Assembly: GCA_003560165.1 (NCBI GenBank)
Contig: PWJC01000018.1
Coordinates: forward strand, 1,987 to 65,986
Direction of reading: 5' to 3'
Length of the DNA: 64,000 bases
Origin: Bacteroidales bacterium
GTDB taxonomy: Bacteria > Bacteroidota > Bacteroidia > Bacteroidales > UBA7960
The notes below the pieces were generated by a model. It made no database searches. It was not told where the DNA came from and saw only the letters and a list, made by a program, of their open reading frames with translations. Below are positions 27,732 to 35,796 of the stretch, piece after piece (the stretch's first letter is position 1; every line of letters starts with the position of its first letter). A program made the translations under genes and the position numbers.

Positions 27732-28805
27732 ATGAAAAAACATAATTTTAGTGCAGGACCTTCGATCCTGGCAAAGGAAGTTATCGAAAATACGGCAAAT
27801 GCGGTACGCGACCTCAATGGTATTGGGCTATCGGTCATGGAATTGTCGCACCGCGGAAAAGATTTCCAGGCCGTTATGGATGAAACAGTGGCCCTTTTCA
27901 GAGAGCTTCTCGACATCCCCGGAAACTATCACGTGTTGTTTCTGGGTGGAGGCGCCAGTCTCCAATTCTGTATGTTGCCCTTCAATTTGCTGGTCACAAA
28001 GGCCGCCTACCTCGAAACAGGAACCTGGGCAAAAAAAGCCATCAAGGAAGCCAAAGGTTTTGGTCAGGTGGAAGTGGTCGCTTCTTCGGCCGACAAAAAC
28101 TTCAACTACATCCCCAGGGGCTTCAGCATCCCCGATGATGCCGATTATTTCCACATCACCACCAACAATACCATTTTCGGTACCGGCATTTTCGAAGATT
28201 ACGACAGCCCTGTGCCCGTGGTCGCCGATATGAGTTCCGACATTTTCAGCCGGCCGCTCGATGTGTCCAAATACGGAATAATCTATGGAGGGGCTCAGAA
28301 AAACCTGGGGCCTGCCGGGGTTACCTTTGTCATTATCCGCGAAGAGTTGCTGGGCAAGACAGAACGATACATACCTACCATGCTGAACTACCAGACGCAT
28401 ATCGACAACGGCTCCATGTTCAACACCCCGCCCTGCCTGCCCATCTATACCTGTATGGAAACCCTGCGCTGGCTTAAAAAACTGGGTGGGGTAAAGGTCA
28501 TGCAGGAAATGAACCAGGAAAAAGCTTCCATGCTTTACGACGAAATTGACCGCAACCTCCTCTTCAGAGGCACTGCCGTCAACGACAGCCGTTCGGTCAT
28601 GAACATCTGCTTTGTCATGCGGCCCGAATACCAGGATCTTGAAAAGGAATTTCTGGATTTTACCGTTTCCAGGGGCATGGTTGGCCTGAAAGGGCACCGT
28701 TCAGTAGGTGGGTTCCGTGCTTCGACCTATAATGCCATGCCCAAAGAAAGTGTGCAGGCCCTGATCGATGCCATGCAGGAATTTGAGAAAAAACACGCAA
28801 AATAA
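27732..28805 (+). CDS. serC: 3-phosphoserine/phosphohydroxythreonine aminotransferase
   Basis: [17 protein letters not shown]..., [10 protein letters not shown]-type motif ([16 protein letters not shown]) and [19 protein letters not shown] containing the PLP lysine. Length is 357 aa. Confidence 0.95.
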   Translation: MKKHNFSAGPSILAKEVIENTANAVRDLNGIGLSVMELSHRGKDFQAVMDETVALFRELLDIPGNYHVLFLGGGASLQFCMLPFNLLVTKAAYLETGTWAKKAIKEAKGFGQVEVVASSADKNFNYIPRGFSIPDDADYFHITTNNTIFGTGIFEDYDSPVPVVADMSSDIFSRPLDVSKYGIIYGGAQKNLGPAGVTFVIIREELLGKTERYIPTMLNYQTHIDNGSMFNTPPCLPIYTCMETLRWLKKLGGVKVMQEMNQEKASMLYDEIDRNLLFRGTAVNDSRSVMNICFVMRPEYQDLEKEFLDFTVSRGMVGLKGHRSVGGFRASTYNAMPKESVQALIDAMQEFEKKHAK

Positions 28806-28812
28806 CCCGGAA

Positions 28813-28910
28813 AGGGAGAAGGCGGAGGGTGGAAGGTAGAAGGTAGAAGGTAGAAAAGTTGAAACTCTTTAACTCCTAAACTCCTAAACTCATACACCTT
28901 CCGACCTTCC
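28813..28910. repeat. Composite intergenic element: GA-rich (GAAGGTA)x3 tract, (TAAACTCC)x~3 tract, then complementary ACCTTCC GACCTTCC arm
   Basis: The sequence is gggagaaggcggagggtg-GAAGGTA-GAAGGTA-GAAGGTA-gaaaag ... aactccTAAACTCCTAAACTCa ... ACCTTCCgACCTTCC. It begins 8 nt after the serC stop. Confidence 0.8.
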
Positions 28911-28963
28911 GGCATTTCTTTTTGCCGTAGTAAAAAACTGGTAACACATTAAATTATAAAGAC

Positions 28964-29887
28964 ATGAAAAAAGTATTGATCGCCACCGAGAAGCCATTTG
29001 CTCCTGCTGCGGTTAATGGGATCAGGGAGGTCCTCAACCAGGCAGGCTACCAGATGGAATTGCTGGAAAGCTACACTACGGCCGATGAATGGAAGAAAGC
29101 GGCCGGTGATGCAGATGCCATGATCATCCGCAGCGACAAGGCCAACGCTGATGTCATCGGATCATCTCTCAAGCTGAAGATCATTGTCAGGGCTGGTGCC
29201 GGTTACGACAACATCGACCTTGAGGCTTGCAACAGGGCAGGGGTGGTGGCCATGAATACACCCGGCCAAAACTCCAATGCCGTGGCCGAACTGGCGTTCG
29301 GGCTGATGCTCTACCATGTGCGCAAGGGATTTAACGGAAAATCGGGCAGCGAACTTCGGGGTAAGAAACTCGGCATCCATGCCTATGGCAATGTGGGGCA
29401 GTTCATGGCCCAAATAGCCAGGGGCTTCGGAATGGAATTGTACGCATGCGACCCATTTGTTGAAAAGGCTAATATAATTGCCGACGGACTGAAGCCATTA
29501 AATACGGCCGAAGAGTTATATAAATCCTGCGACTTTGTTTCCCTTCATATTCCGGCAAATGAAAAGACCAGGAAGTCGATCGGCTACTCTCTGCTGTCGC
29601 TGATGCCCAAAGGTGGTACCCTGGTGAATACGGCCCGAAAGGAGGTCATTGACGAGGAAGGACTGTTGAAACTCATGGAAGAACGCAGCGACATCAACTA
29701 CCTTTCCGATTTGGCCCCCGACGCCAAAGAGATTTTTGAGGACAAATACCCAGGCCGTTTTGTCTTCACTGCCAAAAAAATGGGTGCCCAGACTGCCGAA
29801 GCAAACATCAATGCAGGCATTGCCGCTGCCACCCAAATTGTGAACTTTTTTGAAAAAGGAGACACCACCTTCCAGGTGAACAAGTAA
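28964..29887 (+). CDS. serA: D-3-phosphoglycerate dehydrogenase (short D-2-hydroxyacid dehydrogenase type)
   Basis: NAD-binding motif GIHAYGNVGQFMA, plus RAGAGYDNIDL and a catalytic-region HIP motif. The gene sits immediately downstream of serC. Confidence 0.8.
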   Translation: MKKVLIATEKPFAPAAVNGIREVLNQAGYQMELLESYTTADEWKKAAGDADAMIIRSDKANADVIGSSLKLKIIVRAGAGYDNIDLEACNRAGVVAMNTPGQNSNAVAELAFGLMLYHVRKGFNGKSGSELRGKKLGIHAYGNVGQFMAQIARGFGMELYACDPFVEKANIIADGLKPLNTAEELYKSCDFVSLHIPANEKTRKSIGYSLLSLMPKGGTLVNTARKEVIDEEGLLKLMEERSDINYLSDLAPDAKEIFEDKYPGRFVFTAKKMGAQTAEANINAGIAAATQIVNFFEKGDTTFQVNK

Positions 29888-30008
29888 GACAGCCACCAGC
29901 TGGAAGTTTTCCCGGACCGCAAGTACCGGAGGCCTGCCCTCAAGCCTGGTTTCCGGTGCACTCTCCGGCCCGGTATTTGTTTTTGTTTCATTTTAAATAG
30001 CTCAATTT

Positions 30009-31253
30009 ATGGCAATATTGAAACCATTCAGGGGTTACCGGCCTCCGAATGAAATAGTAAAGCAATTGGCTTCAAGGCCTTATGATGTGCTTAACTCCGA
30101 AGAAGCCCGGCAGGAAGCCGAAGGAAATCCCTATAGTTTTCTGAGGGTTGTCAAACCGGAAATCGAACTTCCGGTGACAACCGACCTGTATTCGCAGAAG
30201 GTATACGACAAGGCCCGCGAAAACTTTCTCAAATTTATCAACAAGGGCTACCTGGTAAGGGACCCCAGGCCAAATTACTATGTATATGGCCAAACCTGGA
30301 AAGAAAAAACCCAGTATGGCATTGTGGGATGTGCCGGGGTGTCTGACTACCTGAACAACATCATCAAAAAACACGAGCTCACCCGTCCCGACAAGGAGGA
30401 AGACCGCATGAGGCATGTGCGGGTTACCAATGCTAATGCCGAGCCCGTATTCTTCACCTATAAAGGTGTGGAAGCCATCAACGAGTTGGTGGCCGGGGTG
30501 GTTACCGGCCCTCCCATTTATGATTTTATTGCAGACGACGGTTTTGGCCACCATTTTTGGGTGGTCGATGAGGAGGAAATGATCCGGCAAGTGGAGGCCC
30601 TGTTTGCTGATGTGCCCTGTTTCTACGTTGCCGACGGCCATCACCGCACCGCCGCGGCAGCCTTGGTGGGCAAGGAGAAGAAAGAAAACAACCCCGGGCA
30701 TACCGGCGAGGAAGCCTACAACTTTTTTATGGCCGTTCTTTTTCCGGCCGATCAACTGACCATTATTGACTACAACAGGGTGGTCAAAGACCTGAACGGC
30801 CTCAGCAAGGAAGATTTCCTGAAAAATCTTGAGAACGATTTCGAGGTAGAGGAAAAGGGGAGTCGCGAATTCAGGCCCGGACAACTGCATACCATCAGCA
30901 TGTATCTCGATGGCAAATGGGTTGCATTAAAGGCCCGCCGGCACACTTACGACGACAACGACCCCATCGGGGTGCTTGATGTCACCATTTTGTCCAGGTC
31001 AGTGCTTGAACCCATTCTGGGCATCAAAAACCTGCGAACTGATAAACGCATCGACTTTGTCGGCGGTATTCGTGGCCTGGGCGAACTCAAACACAGGGTA
31101 GACAGCGGCGAAATGCAGGTGGCTTTCGTACTCTACCCGGTAAGCATGAAACAACTCATGGACATTGCCGATACCGGAAACATCATGCCGCCAAAAACCA
31201 CCTGGTTTGAACCTAAATTGCGCAGCGGACTGGTGGTGAACACCCTCGATTAA
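30009..31253 (+). CDS. DUF1015 domain-containing protein
   Basis: The N-terminal MAILKPFRGYRP ... PYDV and the FYVADGHHR motif are characteristic of DUF1015. Length is 414 aa. Confidence 0.85.
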   Translation: MAILKPFRGYRPPNEIVKQLASRPYDVLNSEEARQEAEGNPYSFLRVVKPEIELPVTTDLYSQKVYDKARENFLKFINKGYLVRDPRPNYYVYGQTWKEKTQYGIVGCAGVSDYLNNIIKKHELTRPDKEEDRMRHVRVTNANAEPVFFTYKGVEAINELVAGVVTGPPIYDFIADDGFGHHFWVVDEEEMIRQVEALFADVPCFYVADGHHRTAAAALVGKEKKENNPGHTGEEAYNFFMAVLFPADQLTIIDYNRVVKDLNGLSKEDFLKNLENDFEVEEKGSREFRPGQLHTISMYLDGKWVALKARRHTYDDNDPIGVLDVTILSRSVLEPILGIKNLRTDKRIDFVGGIRGLGELKHRVDSGEMQVAFVLYPVSMKQLMDIADTGNIMPPKTTWFEPKLRSGLVVNTLD

Positions 31254-31295
31254 AAACTTTATCGGCCCAGGTCTCATTTTATAAAAAAGATTTGT

Positions 31296-31303
31296 TATCT
31301 TTG
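31296..31303 (+). promoter_or_regulatory. Bacteroidota-type -7 promoter box (TATCTTTG)
   Basis: Exact TAnnTTTG match 54 nt upstream of the L31 ATG. Confidence 0.45.
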
Positions 31304-31356
31304 CAATCCCGAAAAGGGAAGCAACTGGCTAAAAAACTTTATAAACTATCACACCG

Positions 31357-31620
31357 ATGAAGAAGGATATCCACCCCAAAAATTACCGATTTGTGGTTTT
31401 CAAGGACATGTCGAACGATTACAGCTTCCTGACCCGGTCGTCTGCCACCAGCAAGGAAACGATCAAATGGGAGGATGGCAATGAGTATCCCCTGATCAAA
31501 CTGGAGATCTCACACACTTCGCATCCTTTTTACACAGGTAAGCAGCAACTGGTCGACACAGCCGGGCGAGTGGATAAATTCAGGACCAAATACAAGAAAC
31601 ACCTTAAAGAGAATAAATAA
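31357..31620 (+). CDS. rpmE: 50S ribosomal protein L31, type B (no zinc-binding Cys motif)
   Basis: [10 protein letters not shown] ... [24 protein letters not shown]. There is no CxxC motif, hence type B. Confidence 0.9.
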   Translation: MKKDIHPKNYRFVVFKDMSNDYSFLTRSSATSKETIKWEDGNEYPLIKLEISHTSHPFYTGKQQLVDTAGRVDKFRTKYKKHLKENK

Positions 31621-31642
31621 GGTGTTTGTTTTAAAAATATTG

Positions 31643-31680
31643 AAAAAAAGCCCTCACTTGAGGGCTTTTTTTTTATTTTT
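31643..31680 (+). terminator. Rho-independent terminator after L31 gene
   Basis: The hairpin AAAAAAAGCCCTC-actt-GAGGGCT is followed by a T-run of about 10. Confidence 0.85.
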
Positions 31681-31724
31681 ATACTCCGAAAGCCATCTGG
31701 ATCTTTACATTCAAGACATTGAAA

Positions 31725-32915
31725 ATGAATTATATTTTGTTTGGTGCCCATGCACGTGATCATTTGCTTCCCTTTACCTTCATTCGCCCCGTTGCCGACA
31801 TCCGGCTGGGTATTCTGACCATCAGGGAAAAGTGGGAGATTTTCCTCGGCAATAAAACCTCAACCCTTACCCAGGAATACCTTTCGGACAAATATCCCCT
31901 GATCAGGGAGGAGGACAATGTACTGATCAATGGCAGTGTGATACCCAGTAAACAGATCGTGGAAGAGATCAGGGAACTGGATCCCAACCAGACCCTGGTA
32001 TCGGGCGATATCCTCATTGCCCACCGGGTCAGGTCGGAAGACATCGACAATATGGATGCCGAATTGCTGGAGGATGTCGAGCCCATGCATACCAAAAGCC
32101 CGGTAGTCAAACTGTTCCTGCTTTCCGATTTGATTGTGCTCAACCAGGGGCAGATACTGGCCGATTACATGCTGCTTACCGCAGGCAGAAAAAGCCAGCC
32201 CATACCCGACCATGTCAGGGTCATTTCTCCCGAAAATTTGTTCGTGGAGGAAGGGGCCAAACTGGATCTGATCACCATCAATGCCTCTGAAGGCCCGGTA
32301 TACATCGGAAAAAATGTCCACATTATGGATGGGGCCATGCTGCGCGGACCGCTTGGGGTGGGTGATTCATCGATTGTCCGGATGGGGGCCAAAATATACG
32401 GAGGGTCTTCCATTGGTCCATTCTGCAAGGTGGGTGGAGAAATGAGCTCATCCATCATCTTTGGCTACTCCAACAAGGCCCATGATGGTTTTCTCGGGCA
32501 CAGCGTGATCGGCGAATGGTGCAACTTGGGTGCCGATACCAATACTTCCAACCTGAAAAACAACTACGATCAGGTAAGGCTTTGGGATTATGCCGAAGGC
32601 AGTTTTACAGATACGGGAATGATGTTTTGTGGCACCTTCATGGGAGACCACTCCAAGTGCGCCATAAATACCATGTTCAATACCGGTACTGTGGTAGGGG
32701 TAAATGCCCAGTTGTTCGGAACCGGGTTTATGCGAAATTTTATTCCGTCCTTTACCTGGGGCAGCACTTCGGGTTACACCACAGTGCATATCGACAAGGC
32801 CATTGATGTGGCCAGAAGGGTTTACGCCCGAAAGGACAAGGAGTTTACCATCATAGATGAACACATACTGCGGAGCGTGTTCGATCACACCTTTGGTTAC
32901 CGGAAGATCATGTAA
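31725..32915 (+). CDS. GlmU-like putative sugar nucleotidyltransferase with left-handed beta-helix C-terminus
   Basis: The N-terminus reads NYILF..........LLPFTF.RPVADIRLGILTIREKW. The C-terminal half has hexapeptide-repeat character (IGEWCNLGADTNTSNLKNNY). The first ATG is at 31725; the ORF track start at 31719 is TTG. Confidence 0.65.
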   Translation: MNYILFGAHARDHLLPFTFIRPVADIRLGILTIREKWEIFLGNKTSTLTQEYLSDKYPLIREEDNVLINGSVIPSKQIVEEIRELDPNQTLVSGDILIAHRVRSEDIDNMDAELLEDVEPMHTKSPVVKLFLLSDLIVLNQGQILADYMLLTAGRKSQPIPDHVRVISPENLFVEEGAKLDLITINASEGPVYIGKNVHIMDGAMLRGPLGVGDSSIVRMGAKIYGGSSIGPFCKVGGEMSSSIIFGYSNKAHDGFLGHSVIGEWCNLGADTNTSNLKNNYDQVRLWDYAEGSFTDTGMMFCGTFMGDHSKCAINTMFNTGTVVGVNAQLFGTGFMRNFIPSFTWGSTSGYTTVHIDKAIDVARRVYARKDKEFTIIDEHILRSVFDHTFGYRKIM

Positions 32916-33176
32916 ACTATCCGGAAGCCTTTCCCCTGCAGGCTGTTCCATGCAAAACAGCCAATGCCCCTGTTTTTTCATGACAGTTTCATGCTGGCAC
33001 ACTCATTGATTGTATAGAGGACGGGCCCGGACAATCATGGGCAAACAAAGGGGTGTAAGTCTGACCACCTTGATGTTCAAGGCGCTGACAAGGCAGCATG
33101 TTTTCTTTCCGGTAAGGGAACTGGGCGGAAGCGTGACTTTTTATCATGGATTAATGACAATTTGACCGAAAACCTG

Positions 33177-35636
33177 ATGGGTAAACTATTTGACACAGAT
33201 CTTTTTGATTCGCGCGACGGGTTGGACGCCGACAGCGAATTCATTCCATTGCTCTCGACAGAGGAAGAACAACAGATGGCCGCGGAGGAAATCCCCGAAG
33301 AACTGGCCATTCTCCCCCTGAAAAATACCGTTTTATTCCCCGGGGTGGTCATTCCCATAACCGTTAGCCGCGACAAATCCATCAGGCTGGTACGTGAAGT
33401 ATATAAGGAATCCCGCATCATTGGAGTGGTTTCCCAGAAAGACCCCGCCGAGGAAGAACCGGCCTTTGACGACCTGAATGCCATTGGCACGGCTGCCTAT
33501 ATCATCAAGATATTGAAGATGCCCGACGGAAACACCACGGTGATCATTCAGGGGAAAAAGCGCTTTGCGATGAAGGAGGCCACGCAGTTTGAACCTTATC
33601 TGAAAGCCAGGGTGATCTCCTTTGATGCAGCCAAAGAGCCACCTGCCTCCGATAAATTCAAGGCTCTGATCTCCACCCTCAAAGACCTGGCCATCCAAAT
33701 TGTCAAACTTTCTCCCAATGTCCCCAGTGAAGCAGCTTTTGCCCTGAAAAACATTGAGAGTCCGGTTTTTCTGGTGAACTTTATTTCGTCCAACCTCAAT
33801 ATCGAGGTAGACGAAAAGCAGAAACTGCTTGAGATTCCTGATCTGGAAACCCGGGCCAATGTGGTTTTGGGACATTTGAACAGGGAATTGCAGGTAGTGG
33901 AACTGAAAAACCAGATCCAGTAGAAAGTCAAGGTTGACATTGACAAGCAGCAGCGCGACTACATTCTTGGACAACACTTAAAAACCATACAGGAAGAGTT
34001 GGGAGGCAACCCCCATGAGGAACAGATCAGCGAGATGAAGCAAAGGGCGGCAAAAAAAAAATGGGATGCACAGGTCGGAGAAGTGTTCCGAAAGGAGTTG
34101 TCGCGGCTGCAGCGCATGAATCCTGCGGCCATGGAATACACGGTTCAGCTGAACTACCTCGAAACCATGGTGGAGTTGCCCTGGAATGAGTTTACTCCCG
34201 ACAACTTCGATCTGAAAAAGGCACAGCGAATACTCGATCGCGACCATTACGGACTGGAGAAGATCAAGGAGCGCATTATTGAGTACCTGGCAGTTCTCAA
34301 GTTAAAGGGCGACATGAAATCGCCCATATTGTGTTTTGTCGGTCCTCCCGGGGTGGGCAAGACTTCGCTGGGAAGATCCATCGCCCGCGCCATTGGTAGG
34401 AAATACCTCCGGATGTCGCTCGGGGGGCTGAGGGATGAAGCCGAGATCCGGGGACACCGCAAAACCTATGTGGGTGCCATGCCCGGCCGGATCATCCAGA
34501 ATCTGAAGAAAGCCCGGTCGTCAAATCCTGTATTTGTACTCGATGAAGTGGACAAGGTGGGTCACCATACGTTTTCAGGCGATCCTTCCTCTGCCCTGTT
34601 GGAGGTGCTTGACCCGGAACAGAACAACAGCTTTTACGACAACTACCTGGAAGTCGAATACGACCTGTCGAACATCATGTTCATTGCCACCGCCAACACC
34701 CTGTCGGGCATACAGCCGGCACTGCGCGACCGAATGGAAGTGATCGACCTGAGCGGGTATATTGTGGAGGAAAAACAGGAGATAGCCCGCCGTCATCTGA
34801 TCCCCAAGCAGCTGGAGGCCCACGGGCTTAAAAAAGAGCAGTTGAAATTCAGCAAAAAGATACTGGCCCGGATCATTCAGGATTACACCAGGGAGTCGGG
34901 TGTGCGAACACTGGAAAAGACCATTGCCAAGATCATCCGCTCAGCGGCACGCGACATCGTCTTGGGCAATCATCTGGATCCGGTCTTAACAACAGATGAT
35001 CTGAAACGCAACCTGGGCCCCCCGAAATTTGGCCGCGAACAGGATGACCTCAAAGGCCTGGCAGGCGTTATGACCGGATTGGCCTGGACCTACACCGGCG
35101 GTGAAGTGCTCTTTGTGGAGGCAAGCATCAGCAAGGGAAAAGGCAACCTGAACATGACCGGGAACCTGGGCGAGGTGATGAAGGAATCGGCCATTCTCGC
35201 CTTGGAATACCTGAAATCACAGGCCGGATACCTGGACATCGACCCAGGATTGTTCAGTTCGTATAATGTTCACATCCACGTCCCTGAAGGGGCCACGCCC
35301 AAAGACGGACCTTCGGCAGGCATCACTATGTTTGCCGCATTGGCTTCTGTTTTTACCCGGCGAAAGGTGAGGCCCGATGTTGCCATGACGGGAGAGATTA
35401 CCCTCAGAGGGAAGGTATTGCCCGTTGGTGGCATCAAGGAAAAAATACTGGCGGCAAAACGTGCCGGTATCAGGCAGGTCATTCTTTCGGAAGACAATCG
35501 CAAGGATGTGGAGGAGATCAATCCCAAATACCTTAAAGGAGTTGATTTTAAATACATTAGTAAAATGATCGAGGTGGTTGACCTCAGCATGTACAAGGCA
35601 ACCGCAGATCGGCCGGTAAACCTGCAGCCTGTGTAA
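33177..35636 (+). pseudogene. lon: ATP-dependent Lon protease (LonA) interrupted by a single in-frame TAG
   Basis: The N-domain ORF (to 33923) and the AAA+/protease ORF (from 33924; track start 33999) are in the same frame. The junction reads ...[35 protein letters not shown], where Lon homologs as I recall them have Ser (IQSKV...). Walker [10 protein letters not shown], Walker [10 protein letters not shown], catalytic [11 protein letters not shown] and [14 protein letters not shown] are all intact. Confidence 0.75.
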
Positions 35637-35661
35637 ACTGCTTCAGGCCTGATTTTTGGTT

Positions 35662-35691
35662 TTTGATTTACCATATTCTTTACTACCTTTG
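35662..35691 (+). promoter_or_regulatory. Bacteroidota-type promoter (-33 TTTG, 18-nt spacer, -7 TACCTTTG) for rpsA
   Basis: TTTG at 35662-35665 and TACCTTTG at 35684-35691, separated by an 18-nt spacer. This is close to the TTTG-N19-21-TAnnTTTG architecture known for Bacteroides. Confidence 0.5.
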
Positions 35692-35796
35692 CTGTCCCGT
35701 TTGCGGGCCCTGTTATCCTCTTATTGTTGAACCCGGTTCCCCTTCGTTTGCAATTACATGCAAACCCACAGGGCAACCACAGATTGATTATTTTTA

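Noticed and set aside
32935-32975. Possible terminator hairpin GGCTGTT-ccatgcaa-AACAGCC after the GlmU-like gene
   Set aside because: The stem is only 7 bp and the T-run begins about 12 nt after it. This is too weak to call.
10994-33923. Stop-codon reassignment (TAA or TAG read as sense) as the explanation for the internal stops in abgT and lon
   Set aside because: - TAA, TAG and TGA all terminate well-conserved genes at the expected positions in this window. TAG ends rho, paralog 1 and M16B. TAA ends copA, serC, serA, lon and rpsA. TGA ends yjbQ and paralog 3.
- Only one internal stop occurs per affected gene.
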